A stretch of DNA of 64,000 nucleotides from Terriglobia bacterium (lineage in GTDB: Bacteria; Acidobacteriota; Terriglobia; 20CM-2-55-15). The notes under the pieces were generated by a model. It saw only the letters and a list, made by a program, of their open reading frames with translations, made no database searches and was not told the origin of the DNA. Position 1 is the stretch's first letter. The number at the start of each line of letters is the position of its first letter. The translations under genes and the position numbers were made by a program. The stretch covers positions 32,001 through 96,000 of the forward strand of contig CBDCLE010000022.1 in the NCBI GenBank assembly GCA_965218585.1. The letters are read 5' to 3'. Positions 32,997-44,397 of this stretch are shown here, piece by piece.

Positions 32997-35686
32997 CTAC
33001 GATTGCATCTGCCTGAGGACGTACTGGAGGATGCCGCCGTTCCGGAAGTAGTCGATTTCGACCGGTGTGTCGAGGCGGGCAACGACCTGAAAGTGGGTGT
33101 CTGCTCCGTTTTCACCTATCGCGTGCACATCGAGGCGCTTGCCGGGGGCGATGTCATCGGCGATGCCCGTGATCGTGAATTCTTCGAAACCGGTCAGGCC
33201 AAGGCTGGCCCTGCCTTCACCGTCGGAAAACTGCAGCGGAAGGACGCCCATGCCAACCAGGTTACTGCGGTGGATGCGCTCGTAACTTTCCGCCATCACC
33301 GCGCGCACGCCCAGCAGCCGGGTGCCCTTGGCTGCCCAGTCCCGCGAGGATCCGGACCCGTATTCCTTGCCCGCGATAACGACCAGCGGCGTACCCGTGT
33401 CCTTGTACTTCATCGCCGCATCGTAGATAGATGTTTGTTCCTTGCCGGGTAGATGGAGCGTCCAGCCCCCCTCGGTGTCGGGAGCCATTTGATTTCGCAG
33501 ACGAATATTTCCAAACGTGCCGCGCATCATCACTTCGTGGTTTCCTCGACGAGACCCGTACGAATTGAAATCCTTCGGATCTACGCCGTTCGAAGTCAGA
33601 TACTCGGCCGTGGGACTGTCTGCGGGTATCGCCCCTGCAGGGGAGATGTGGTCCGTGGTTACCGAATCGCCCAGAACAGCCAGCACCCGTGCCCCACTGA
33701 TGTCTTCAACCTGGGGGACTCGAGGCCCCATGCCCTGGAAGAAGGGAGGTCGCTTTACATAGGTCGAAGCCTCGTCCCACTCGTATATGTCTCCTCCCGG
33801 TACGTCCAGTGCATTCCAGCGTTCATCACCCGCCAGTGATTCTTCATATGCATGAAGGAACATGTCCGGTTTGAGCGTCTGGTTGACGGTGCTGGCGATT
33901 TCTTCGGTGTCGGGCCAGATGTCCTTCAGATACACGGGTTGACCGTCACTACCCGTCCCAAGAGGGTCGTTGACGAGATCAATGTTCATGTTTCCAGCGA
34001 TCGCGTAGGCGACGACCAGGGGCGGAGAGGCGAGGTAGTTGGTCCTGACCAGCGGGCTGATCCGTCCTTCGAAATTCCGGTTACCGCTCAGGACCGACGA
34101 GACGACCAGATCGCTTTCTTTGATCCCGTCCGCGATGGGTTCGGGCAGCGGCCCGCTGTTGCCAATACAGGTCGTGCAGCCATAGCCGACAAGATGGAAA
34201 CGGAGGGCTTCCAGAGGTTCCAGTAAACCCGCTTCCCGGAGGTAATCGGTCACCACGCGGGAGCCGGGTGCCAGGCTCGTCTTCACCCATGGACTTGCCG
34301 AGAGTCCGCGCCCGACTGCGTTTCGGGCCAGAAGACCCGCTGCGACCATCACCGAAGGGTTGGACGTGTTTGTGCAGCTCGTGATCGCGGCGATCACAAC
34401 AGAACCATGGCCGATTTCGAATTGATCCTTCCCGACCTGGACAGGCACGGCCCGTTCGAGGCTCGACGGATCCGCCTGTCCGTTTCCCAGCATCGACACG
34501 AGTGTCTTTTGGAACGACTCCTTGGATTCACCCAGGGGAATGCGATCCTGAGGCCTCTTGGGTCCCGAGATGCTGGGTTCGACTGTGCCCAGATCCAGTT
34601 CCACTCTGTCGCCGAACAACGGTTCCGGGCCATCCGCGGTCTGGAACAATCCCTGAGCTTTTGTATAGGCCTCGGCCCGGGCGATGGCTTCGGGAGACCT
34701 TCCCGTCAGCTTCATGTAGTTGAGAGTTTCGGAGTCGACAGGAAAGAATCCGATCGTCGCGCCGTATTCCGGGGCCATGTTAGAGATCGTTGCACGATCG
34801 GCGAGCGAAAGGTTTCCGATGCCGGGACCGTAAAACTCGACGAACTTGCCGACGACGCCTTTTTCGCGGAGCATCTGGACGACTCGCAGGACGGCATCGG
34901 TTGCGGTGGCCCCCTCCGGGAGCACCCCATCCAGCCGGAAGCCCACCACCTCGGGAATCAGCATGGATATGGGACACCCGAGCATAGCTCCTTCGGCTTC
35001 GATTCCGCCGACACCCCAGCCCACGATACCCATCGCGTTGATCATCGTCGTATGCGAATCCGTTCCTACCAGCGTGTCGGATAAAGGACCGCCTCTCCGT
35101 TCTCCTTCTCCAGGAACACGACATGAGCGAGGTACTCCAGGTTGATCTGATGGACGATGCCGGTGTCGGGGGGCACGACCCGGAAGTTCTTGAAAGCGCT
35201 CTGTCCCCATTTAAGAAAGAGGTATCGTTCGCGATTGCGTTCCAGTTCGCGTTCGGCATTGAACCCGAACGCCGATTTCGTTCCGAACTGATCCACCTGG
35301 ACCGAGTGATCGATGACCAGGTCCACGGGTTGCAGTGGGTTGATCTGATCGGGATCACCCCCCATTTCCTTGACGACGTCACGCATAGTGGCCAGATCGA
35401 CAACAGCGGGAACCCCCGTGAAGTCCTGCATCAGTACCCGGGCGGGGCGGAAAGCGATTTCCTTTTCTGTTCTGGAGCCGACAGAGGAAACCAGGGCACG
35501 AATATCGTCGGCCGAGACCGAGGCGTTGTCTTCATGCCGCAGCAGGTTTTCGAGCATGACCTTTAGAGAAAAGGGCAGTCGCGATACGCCGCTGATGCCT
35601 GACTTTTCGAGAGCCTCAAGCGAAAAGTACCGAAAGGATTCCCTGCCCAGTTCGAGTGTGGAGCGTGAACCAAAGCTATCTTGCAT
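32997..35686 (-). CDS. acnA: Aconitate hydratase A (single frameshift near 35080)
   Basis: [68 protein letters not shown]. Confidence 0.95.
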
Positions 35687-35827
35687 CGTCGTGACGTGTC
35701 TCCTCCAGGGAAAATTGGGGTTTCCAAACCCCCATTATAGGCGAATTTGGGGGCACTCCCCATGCTAAGCTGTACCGCGGGTTACGCGGAATCAGCCGTG
35801 AAACCGCGTAACGCGATCCTCGTAACC

Positions 35828-36349
35828 ATGTCATTACACGAATACAACGGGATAACGCCGAAGCTGGGAGCGCGCGTATTTATCGCAGAAGGCGCCCGAG
35901 TTATCGGTGACGTTGAAATTGGAGACGATTCCAGCATCTGGTTCAACACAATCGTCCGGGGTGACGTGAACCACATTCGAATCGGCCATCACACGAACAT
36001 CCAGGACGCTTCCATCTGTCACGTTCAGCGAAACCTCTACCCCTGCATCGTGGGCGACCATGTGACGGTGGGGCATGGCGTGATCCTGCACGGCTGCCAG
36101 GTAGAGTCGCACTGTCTGATCGGGATGCGGTCCACGCTCCTGAACAACGTGCATGTGGGTTCGGAATCGATCATAGCTGCGGGAGCCCTGATCACGGAGG
36201 GGACACTCATCCCTCCGCGCAGCCTGGTCATGGGCATGCCGGGCAAGGTCAAGAGGGAAGTGACCGAAGAAGAGATAGCGAGGATCCACGGTTCCGCCAA
36301 GCACTATTCCAATTTCAAGGACACTTATTTAGTAGCAAGTGATGAGTGA
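35828..36349 (+). CDS. Gamma carbonic anhydrase-family (YrdA-like) hexapeptide protein
   Basis: IGDV.IG..SSIWF...RGDVN.IRIG..TNIQD...H, VGH...LHGC. Confidence 0.9.
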   Translation: MSLHEYNGITPKLGARVFIAEGARVIGDVEIGDDSSIWFNTIVRGDVNHIRIGHHTNIQDASICHVQRNLYPCIVGDHVTVGHGVILHGCQVESHCLIGMRSTLLNNVHVGSESIIAAGALITEGTLIPPRSLVMGMPGKVKREVTEEEIARIHGSAKHYSNFKDTYLVASDE

Positions 36350-36382
36350 CGAGCCCTCCGTGCTGGCCACTATTCAACGGAC

Positions 36383-37664
36383 ATGATTCGAGCCGCCCGC
36401 GGTACATACGACATCCTCCCGGCAGACTCCGGCCTCTGGCACGCCATCGAGAGCCGGATGCGAGAAGTCCTGGAGGCGTACGCCTTCCACGAAATCCGCA
36501 CACCGATATTCGAGGCAACCGAACTCTTCGTCAGGAGCGTGGGCGCCGATACCGACATCGTTGCCAAAGAGATGTACACCTTTATCGACCGTGATGAAAC
36601 CACATCTCTGACGCTGAGGCCGGAAGGGACGGCCCCCGTCGTACGCTCGTTCATCGAGAACCACCTGTCTGACGAGTCCCGGATGGCCAAGCTTTTCTAC
36701 ATGGGCCCGATGTTCCGGCGGGAGCGACCACAGAAAGGCCGGTTCCGTCAATTTTATCAGGCGGGTGCTGAAGTCTTCTCGTTGACCGACAATCCAGCCA
36801 TCGAAGCAGAAGTCGTCGAAATGTTGATGTTGCTGTTCGAAAAGCTCGGTGTCAGCAATCTTGAACTGCTCGTGAACTCGATCGGCTGCCGGGAATGCCG
36901 ACCCCCATTCGTTGAGCGCCTCAAAGGAGAAATCGAGGAGCGCTCTTCGAGGCTTTGCGTGGACTGCCGCCGCCGCGCGGAAACCAATCCATTGCGTGTC
37001 TTCGATTGCAAGGTCCCTTCATGCCAGGAGCCGATCGCGGAACTACCGACTATCACGGACAGTCTCTGCGAGACGTGCCGCGATCATTTCGAAAAAGTTT
37101 CGCGGCTATCTGGACGACCGAAAAATCGAATACCGGGTAGAGAAGGGCCTGGTCCGTGGTTTGGACTACTACATGAGGACGACGTTGGAGATCGTGTCGA
37201 GCGAGCTCGGAGCTCAGGATACTCTCGTTGGCGGCGGCCGTTACGATGGCCTCTTCGAAGACCTGGATGGTCCGCCGATGAAGGGTTTTGGTTTTGCCAT
37301 GGGGCTGGAACGGCTGATCCTTTCGATACCGGAGCCGGAAAAACTGCTTTCGGGACCTGGTCCGGACTATTTTCTGGCTACGATAGCCGACGAAGCCTTC
37401 AACTATGCCACGCTGCTGGCACAGAAATTGCGTGCCGGGAAACGTGTCGTTTACCTCGACTTCGATCCTCGAAGCCTGAAGAGTCAGATGCGACTGGCAG
37501 GAAAACTCGCGGCCAGGAACGTCGTGATTCTGGGCGAAGACGAGGTCCGCTCTGGCAAACTAACCGTTCGGGATATGGACAGCAGGGAACAGCAAGAAAT
37601 GACGGAGGAAGAATTCCTCCAGGCAGCCCGAGCCCATGAAGTCGGTCCGGATCAGATGCCATGA
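36383..37664 (+). CDS. hisS: Histidine--tRNA ligase (frameshift in A-run near 37095)
   Basis: LRPEGTA, MFRRERPQKGRFRQFYQ, LVRGLDYY, GGGRYDGL, GFAMGLERL. Confidence 0.95.
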
Positions 37665-39427
37665 GTACAGATTTCGCGCGAACGCACAGCTGTAGCGAGT
37701 TGACATCTGCCGAGGAAGGCACAGAAGTGGCATTGGCCGGCTGGGTGGATCGGCGGCGAGATCATGGCCAGCTTGTTTTCATTGATTTGAGAGACCGCGA
37801 GGGGATCACGCAGATTGTTTTCAACCCGGAGCGTGACGCCGATGCCTACCGCTCGGCGAAGGACCTCCGGTCTGAGTTCGTCATCGGCGTGAGGGGAAAG
37901 GTTCGCCGGCGTGACGACGACATGATCAACCCGAATCTGAAAACGGGCGAAATCGAGGTCGCCGCCGAGTCCGTCGTCGTTTTCAACCAGGCTCGGACCG
38001 TGCCGTTCCCGATCGAAGATGAGATAACGACTTCCGAAGATCTGAGGTTGAAATACCGCTATCTGGATCTGCGCCGCTCGTCCGTGCAGCAGAATTTTAA
38101 GCTGCGTCATCGAGTGTTGATGGCGATTCGCAACTACATGAGCAACGCGGGATTCTGGGAAGTGGAGACGCCGTACCTGACCAAGTCCACGCCCGAGGGC
38201 GCCCGCGACTATCTGGTGCCGAGCCGGCTCTACAATGGCCAGTTCTACGCCTTGCCCCAGTCGCCGCAGCTGTTCAAGCAGCTCCTGATGATATCCGGAT
38301 TCGAAAAGTACTTTCAGGTGGTGCGCTGTTTCCGTGACGAGGATCTCCGTGCCGACCGGCAGCCCGAATTTACTCAACTGGACGTCGAACTTTCATTTCC
38401 CGAACAGGAGGCTTTCTTTTCCCTCGTGGAGGGTCTGATGGCTGAGGTCTTTCGGGGTGAAGGTATCGAGGTTGGGTTGCCGTTTGCCCGAATGAGCTAC
38501 GAAGAAGCGATGGACCGCTACGGCAGCGATAAACCGGATACACGTTTCGGCGTCGAACTCCAGGATCTCAGTTCTATCTTTGCCCAAGGCGAAGAGTCGT
38601 TGTTTAAGGGAATCGTCGAGAAGGGGCAGACCGTGCGGGGTTTCCTTGCGCCAGTGGCCTATTCACGGAAGATCCTGGACGAACTCGACGCTTTTATCAA
38701 GCAGCTGGGCGGAGCAGGTATCGCATGGGTGGAGGCGACCGAGGCGGATCCTCGGACCCTCCCTGTGTTGAAGAAGGCCGGTGCCGAGGCCATTCGAAAA
38801 CTCATCCGTGAGACCGGAGCAAGTCGGGGACAGACGATCTTCATGCTCGCCGGGGAAAGGATCGCAACGCTGGAAAAGCTGGGGATGCTCAGGCTCGAAC
38901 TTGCCCGGAGGGAAGGCTGGATCGGGGAAGGTCTCTGGAATTTTCTCTGGGTCGTCGATTTCCCGCTTTTTGAATACGACGAAGGCGAGAAGCGATGGGC
39001 TTCGCGCCACCATCCTTTTACGGCACCCGTGGATGAGGATCTCTCGATTCTTGAAAGCGATCCGGGCCGCGTGCGCGCCCGCGCCTACGACCTTGTCCTG
39101 AACGGCGTGGAATGTGCCGGGGGATCGGTTAGGATCCACCGGAGTGATCTGCAGTCGCAGGTATTCCGTGCACTGGGTCTGGGTGATGAAGAGGCCAATG
39201 AAAAATTCGGATTCTTCCTCGAGGCGCTCGAATATGGCACGCCTCCGCATGGCGGCATCGCCTTCGGCCTCGACCGTATCGTCATGCTGCTAGCGGGAGG
39301 CACATCCCTGAGGGATGTCATAGCCTTCCCGAAGACCGCACGTGCCATCGACATGATGTCCGGTTCGCCCTCGCCTGTTGATGACGGGCAGCTAAAGGAA
39401 TTAGGGCTCCGTATCCGAAAGAAGTGA
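37661..39427 (+). CDS. aspS: Aspartate--tRNA ligase
   Basis: RRDHG..FIDLRD, STPEGARDYLVPSR, PQSPQLFKQ, RDEDLRADRQPEFTQ, GTPPHGG.AFGLDR. Confidence 0.97.
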   Translation: MSTDFARTHSCSELTSAEEGTEVALAGWVDRRRDHGQLVFIDLRDREGITQIVFNPERDADAYRSAKDLRSEFVIGVRGKVRRRDDDMINPNLKTGEIEVAAESVVVFNQARTVPFPIEDEITTSEDLRLKYRYLDLRRSSVQQNFKLRHRVLMAIRNYMSNAGFWEVETPYLTKSTPEGARDYLVPSRLYNGQFYALPQSPQLFKQLLMISGFEKYFQVVRCFRDEDLRADRQPEFTQLDVELSFPEQEAFFSLVEGLMAEVFRGEGIEVGLPFARMSYEEAMDRYGSDKPDTRFGVELQDLSSIFAQGEESLFKGIVEKGQTVRGFLAPVAYSRKILDELDAFIKQLGGAGIAWVEATEADPRTLPVLKKAGAEAIRKLIRETGASRGQTIFMLAGERIATLEKLGMLRLELARREGWIGEGLWNFLWVVDFPLFEYDEGEKRWASRHHPFTAPVDEDLSILESDPGRVRARAYDLVLNGVECAGGSVRIHRSDLQSQVFRALGLGDEEANEKFGFFLEALEYGTPPHGGIAFGLDRIVMLLAGGTSLRDVIAFPKTARAIDMMSGSPSPVDDGQLKELGLRIRKK

Positions 39428-39443
39428 TCCGACCCAGACAAGC

Positions 39444-39528
39444 ACCACAGAGACACGGAGACAAAGAGAGAATCCTCCCTTGTTCTTGGAGGCGCAATTT
39501 TTTCTCGGTGCCTCTCGGCCTCTGTGGT
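39444..39528. repeat. Inverted pair of 9-nt-period repeats (CCACAGAG.../CTCTGTGG)
   Basis: ACCACAGAGACACGGAGACAAAGAGA ... TCTCGGTGCCTCTCGGCCTCTGTGGT; single arm also at 46508-46534. Confidence 0.55.
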
Positions 39529-39545
39529 TAGAGAATTCCAAGAAC

Positions 39546-41357
39546 ATGTCGAAGATCTCAGTTCTACCCGATCCCGTAGCCAATCAGATTGCCGCAGGCG
39601 AAGTTGTCGAGAGACCCTCGTCGATCGTCAAGGAGTTGATAGAGAACGCGATCGATGCCGGAGCGAAGAAGATCGCCGTAGAAGTGCGTGGTGGAGGGCG
39701 GGCCTGGATCCAGGTGATCGACGACGGCGAGGGAATGACCCCCGAAGACGCCGAGCTTTCCTTCCAGCGGCATGCCACCAGCAAGCTCGCCGATGCCGAT
39801 GATCTCTTTTCGATTCGGACGTTGGGATTTCGGGGTGAGGCATTGCCGTCGATCGGGTCTGTGGCGCGGGTTCGCCTGGAGACCCAGACCCGGGACCAAT
39901 CTGTAGGTATGTCCCTAGAAATCGCGGCCGGCGAGGTGATCTCCCTCAGTGAAGGCGCGTTTCCTCCTGGAACCCAAGTGACGGTCGAAGACGTTTTCTA
40001 CAACGTACCGGCGAGACGCAAGTTTCTGAAGTCGGAATCCTACGAATTGAGTCAGATCACGGCCCACTGCACGCGTTATGCGCTGGCCTTTCCCGCGATT
40101 CACTTCGTCTTGAAGAGTGGAAAGTTCGAAGTGTTGTCCGCGCCTCCGGCTTCGGATTTTCGCGAGCGCATCTTTCAAGTGTTCGGCCGCGACTTGCTCG
40201 ACGAACTTGTCGAGTTCGAAAAGGAGTTTCCGGCTTCGGGCCTCAAGGTGCATGTATTCACGTCCAGGCCTCATGTGCAGAAGTACAACCGGAACTCGAT
40301 GTTTTTCTTTGTGAACGGACGTGCGGTTCGGGAGCCGGCGATTCTTCATGCGTACACCGAGGCGTATCGCACCATCCTTCCCTCGGGCACTTTCCCGGTC
40401 ACTATTCTTTATGTTGTCGCTCGGCATCGCGACGTGGACGTCAACGTCCACCCGGCCAAGACCGAGGTCCGGTTCCGTCAGCGGTCTGCGGTCCATGACG
40501 CTATCCGTGATTCGGTTCTCGAAGCGCTACGTTCGGACAAGACGATTGTTCCGATGAACTCGGATGAAGCTCCATCCTCAGGCTATTCAGCTCCCCGACT
40601 ACGCAGCCGCGTTCCCGATTCGTGGATCGGCGGCCCGATTGCCAGAGAGTCGGGATCCAGCACGCCGGCGGCGCTCGACTACTCCGAAAGTCGCGCTCTG
40701 GATCTCAACTTCGAGGAAGCCCAGGCAGTCATTGGCTCCGGACAGGCTTCAGAGAGCGTTACTCCGGACTTCGAGTTCGTCAAAAGAGAGATTCAACCGC
40801 TTGGGCAATTGAAGGACAGTTTCATCGTTGCGAGTGACAGTAGTGGTCTGATCGTGATTGACCAGCACGTGGCTCACGAACGGGTCCTGTTTGAAAACTA
40901 CGTACGGGAGCGGGGTGAAAGCCGGCTTGAGGTCCAGCGCCTTCTGACACCGATACTGCTGGAGCTTTCGCCCGAGCAGGAAGTGCTTCTCGAGAGCGTT
41001 CGCGCCGAGCTCGCGCGCAACGGATTCGAGTTGGAACCGTTCGGGCCAAGGACCGTGACTGTCACCACGGCGCCTGCGATTCTGAAAGCGGGAGCGGTCG
41101 AGAAGCTGCTTCGCGAGCTCATTGACGGTCTCGATCGGGAAAGTCAAGGTATTAATATCGACAGCTTCCAGAAAAAAATTGCGGCTACAGTCGCGTGTCA
41201 TGCCGCAATCAAGATTAACAATCCGCTGGATAGTGTTAAGATGCGGTGGCTGGTCGGGGAGCTTATGAAGACAGACTGTCCCACAGTGTGTCCTCATGGA
41301 CGCCCGATCATCATACGTTACGATCTCAGAGAGATTCAGAAGGCGTTTAAAAGGTGA
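39546..41357 (+). CDS. mutL: DNA mismatch repair endonuclease MutL
   Basis: NQIAAGEVVERP, GFRGEAL.SI, DVNVHPAKTEV, DQHVAHERVLFE, ACH, CPHGRP. Confidence 0.96.
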   Translation: MSKISVLPDPVANQIAAGEVVERPSSIVKELIENAIDAGAKKIAVEVRGGGRAWIQVIDDGEGMTPEDAELSFQRHATSKLADADDLFSIRTLGFRGEALPSIGSVARVRLETQTRDQSVGMSLEIAAGEVISLSEGAFPPGTQVTVEDVFYNVPARRKFLKSESYELSQITAHCTRYALAFPAIHFVLKSGKFEVLSAPPASDFRERIFQVFGRDLLDELVEFEKEFPASGLKVHVFTSRPHVQKYNRNSMFFFVNGRAVREPAILHAYTEAYRTILPSGTFPVTILYVVARHRDVDVNVHPAKTEVRFRQRSAVHDAIRDSVLEALRSDKTIVPMNSDEAPSSGYSAPRLRSRVPDSWIGGPIARESGSSTPAALDYSESRALDLNFEEAQAVIGSGQASESVTPDFEFVKREIQPLGQLKDSFIVASDSSGLIVIDQHVAHERVLFENYVRERGESRLEVQRLLTPILLELSPEQEVLLESVRAELARNGFELEPFGPRTVTVTTAPAILKAGAVEKLLRELIDGLDRESQGINIDSFQKKIAATVACHAAIKINNPLDSVKMRWLVGELMKTDCPTVCPHGRPIIIRYDLREIQKAFKR

Positions 41358-41480
41358 CAGAAGCCTCCGGACGGCTTAAAACCGGCGTTTTCAGGAGTTG
41401 ACTTGACTCCCTGGCCCGGCGAGAATCGAAGAGTCATTTATTGTTTAGCAGTCTCGACACTTTCACTAGGAGGACCCGGT

Positions 41481-41798
41481 ATGGCAGGTAAGATGACGCA
41501 GACCCAGATAATCGCCGCACTGGCGGAGAAGGCGAATGTTGCCAAGAAGGACGCTAAGGAGTTCCTTCTCTCCGTAGCGGACCTTGCTCATAAGGAAACG
41601 AAGAAGAACGGCGAGTTCACGGTGCCCGGCCTCGGGAAACTCGTAAAGCAGAAAAGAAAGGCCCGCACGGGACGCAATCCTGCGACCGGAGAGCCTATCA
41701 AGATTCCTGCTAAAACCGTCCTGAAATTCCGGATCGCCAAGGCCGCGAAAGATGCGGTTCTGGGTGCGGCAGCTTCGAAGAAAAAGAAAAAGAGGTAA
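41481..41798 (+). CDS. HU-family DNA-binding protein with Lys-rich tail
   Basis: PGLGKL...RKARTGRNPATGEPIKIPAKTV.KF; AGGAGG RBS. Confidence 0.93.
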   Translation: MAGKMTQTQIIAALAEKANVAKKDAKEFLLSVADLAHKETKKNGEFTVPGLGKLVKQKRKARTGRNPATGEPIKIPAKTVLKFRIAKAAKDAVLGAAASKKKKKR

Positions 41799-41820
41799 GC
41801 CTTATTAAGACCGGTTTGTG

Positions 41821-41855
41821 GGGGCTCGTGAGCTGTACGGGCCCCTATTTCTTTT
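41821..41855 (+). terminator. Intrinsic terminator after HU
   Basis: GGGGCTCGT-N7-ACGGGCCCC followed by TATTTCTTTT. Confidence 0.7.
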
Positions 41856-41879
41856 GCCCGAACTGCCTCGCCGCAAGCT

Positions 41880-42347
41880 CTACGCCGCTGTTTGAGGCGT
41901 CTCCACATGGCGAGCTGGGATCAGAGTTCCCATCGTCCATCCGATTACGGCCACTCCAATTCCGAACACGCAGTTGGATACGACGCCTCCGGCACGGATC
42001 GCCATAGCGGTCATGAAATCGACCGGGGCCTCCTGATTGAGGGCAATCGGGTCGTTGAAATGGGTTCCGCCGATCGGATAGGAGACGATCGTTCCGATGA
42101 TGATCAGAACCTGGGCCACCAGAACGATCATCAGTGCCACCTGGATTGCGCCGCCGATGCCATAGCCCTTGTATACCCGGCCGAACGCAGGCCATATCAG
42201 GGCGAGATGGACCTCCAGCGTGACCATCGAGAACACTTGGATGCCGGTCTGATAAGAGGCGCCGGTTACGCTCAGGATCAGTTTCCCCAGGAAGAAAATC
42301 AGGAGCAACAATGCAGGAAGGGTGATGAACTGCGCTTTTTCTTTCAT
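41880..42347 (-). CDS. Hypothetical 4-TM membrane protein
   Basis: Four hydrophobic segments, GAGG RBS. Confidence 0.65.
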   Translation of the reverse strand: MKEKAQFITLPALLLLIFFLGKLILSVTGASYQTGIQVFSMVTLEVHLALIWPAFGRVYKGYGIGGAIQVALMIVLVAQVLIIIGTIVSYPIGGTHFNDPIALNQEAPVDFMTAMAIRAGGVVSNCVFGIGVAVIGWTMGTLIPARHVETPQTAA

Positions 42348-42556
42348 GGTTTTCCTCGTTGGACAGGGTATCAGCAACCCTGCGCCCCCTCAAATTACGG
42401 GTCAACGCACTGATTTGCATCTGAGGTGTTCTGATGGGGCGTAGAGAAGACAGTCGAGGTGTCTATCGCGACGAATCGGGGGGACGAATGGCGGCGGGCC
42501 TGATACCGAGTCCTTGGAAGGCCAGGGTCCAGGTTTTTCGATTATCTCCGTCTAAC

Positions 42557-44209
42557 TTAGTGCCGGCACCTCTGGCAGGGATGCGAAGCGTGGCATCTGG
42601 GAGCCACTCCCTGTTCCAGGAAGAATGTCCGCGCCTTAACCATCTCTTCATCGTTCCAGAGCTGGAGAAAGTCATTTTCCGCGATATTGCCGATCGTATA
42701 TTGCAAGAGGTCGTGGTAGTAGCACACGCGGACGTCGCCGTTCGGCTGGATCACGGTTTCCTGCCGGGGTTTGAAACAGGGGGGTAGCGAGGGATCTAAC
42801 CGGGTGTGGAATTCTGATTTCCATTCGGCTTCTCCCTCTTGCTGGAAAGGAATCTCTGTCATACTCTCAACGATTTCTTCCAGTTTTTCAGCGTCAGGGC
42901 CGATAAACGGTCTCCCGCTGAACGTCATCGGTATTCCCCGTTGGTTTGCCCTCTCCCAGGCCTCGAGCAGCAACTCGTCATGGCTGGCGGGATCGGAGAA
43001 CTTGCTTTCTTTGAGGTAGTCCCATTCCTTACCGTCCGAGGTCTCTACGACATGGGTCAGACCTTCGTTCAGATGGTTGTATGTGACCTGGCTTGCGCCG
43101 ACTTCGATCGCAAGGTCGACGAAGGCGGGGACTTCTTTGACGTTGGTTTCACAAATTGACATATTGATGGAAACCCGCGACTTGTCCTTCTTTAGCTCTT
43201 TTGCCTTATTCGTGTAGTAGCTTATGTTGCGTTTGACCCTCTCAAAATCGAACGAAGGCCGCATGACCCGGAACATGTTGGCCGTTGCAGCGTCTATCGA
43301 GACAGTGAACTCTGCCAGGCCGTTCTTTTCCAACATGAGGTCTGCCCGTTTCGGTGTCAGGAGCATCGCGTTGGTGGCGAACGTTATCGTGGTGGAAGGC
43401 GAGGTCATTTCGATGACTTCGTCGAAATATCTGGAAAACATCGGCTCGCCGCCACAGTGAAGCAGAAGGTAACGCGCGGTTGCGATGAGCGGGGCGGCTC
43501 GCTCGATGGTCTGCGCTTCTATGGAGGAATCGGCCGAAGCCGGTCGTGTGTTGATGTCACAGATAACACAAGGTTTCTGGATGTTGCACCGCGTAGTCAG
43601 AGCCAGCGTGACGATGGGAGGCAAACTCCGGAAAATAGTTTTACCTTCCGCATATTCCCTTCGTGCCAGATCTTCGTTTTCGATCGGCGAACCGATATGC
43701 GGGTATAAGTTAGGCTCTTTGTAGGGAAACGAGAAGCCTTGGACGCTACCGGAAATCAGAGCCAGATAAGAGAAGTTGGCTGCGAGTGGCCGAATGTCGT
43801 CCGGAAAGAGTTTGGGTGGTTTGTCCCAGTGGGCGTATTCAAGGGCTATCGTGTTTTCCCTCAGCCCATGAATCGCAACCTCGATGTCGACACCCTGCTG
43901 ATTCAACTCTGTCAGAACGACGTCGTTATGTTTCAAGACAATGGACTGCCCTTCGAAAGGGCTCTTGAAACGAAGCTTCAGGATGAGCTCTTGTTCACGA
44001 TCGAGGGAAAACCTCAGCGTCGTGCCCGGACCTAAGCCCCACCGCCAGGTTCCCCAGTCGTTCTTTTCAACGACGGATAAGCCATCAGCCCTGACATCGA
44101 GCGATTTGTTGAACTTCAGAAAGTCGATGCATGTCGGATTATCGGTTTCGCCTCTCGCCCGCTCCTCGTCCGTGAGTAATTGCGGCTCTGTTTCAAGTTC
44201 AATTGACAT
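42557..44209 (-). CDS. Radical SAM/SPASM-twitch protein with CX5CX2C motif and extra N-terminal domain
   Basis: TTRCNIQKPCVIC, CGGEP, TNA.LL, SIDA; C-terminal C..P...VIQPNGDV.VC...IGN......WN...C....C..C; GGAGG RBS. Confidence 0.85.
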   Translation of the reverse strand: MSIELETEPQLLTDEERARGETDNPTCIDFLKFNKSLDVRADGLSVVEKNDWGTWRWGLGPGTTLRFSLDREQELILKLRFKSPFEGQSIVLKHNDVVLTELNQQGVDIEVAIHGLRENTIALEYAHWDKPPKLFPDDIRPLAANFSYLALISGSVQGFSFPYKEPNLYPHIGSPIENEDLARREYAEGKTIFRSLPPIVTLALTTRCNIQKPCVICDINTRPASADSSIEAQTIERAAPLIATARYLLLHCGGEPMFSRYFDEVIEMTSPSTTITFATNAMLLTPKRADLMLEKNGLAEFTVSIDAATANMFRVMRPSFDFERVKRNISYYTNKAKELKKDKSRVSINMSICETNVKEVPAFVDLAIEVGASQVTYNHLNEGLTHVVETSDGKEWDYLKESKFSDPASHDELLLEAWERANQRGIPMTFSGRPFIGPDAEKLEEIVESMTEIPFQQEGEAEWKSEFHTRLDPSLPPCFKPRQETVIQPNGDVRVCYYHDLLQYTIGNIAENDFLQLWNDEEMVKARTFFLEQGVAPRCHASHPCQRCRH

Positions 44210-44397
44210 GCGTTTCGTTTCCTCCGCTCACAGATATGTCACGGCTTCTGAAGGCGAGACTTGATGGAAAGACCTTGGCCTTCGAACCCGAATCGACCAT
44301 CCGCAGGTGACTGGTGCGCTGAGGCACACCCTGTCCCTCGGACCGGCGGTGTTGTACGGGTGCTCGCGATGAACGATCCGGATCTTGCCGGATCTAG

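Noticed and set aside
35060-37140. Programmed frameshifting or pseudogenisation of acnA and hisS
   Set aside because: Single-base indels in short runs in core genes (hisS is essential), with similar breaks at about 17590, 56345 and 60884; sequencing error is more parsimonious
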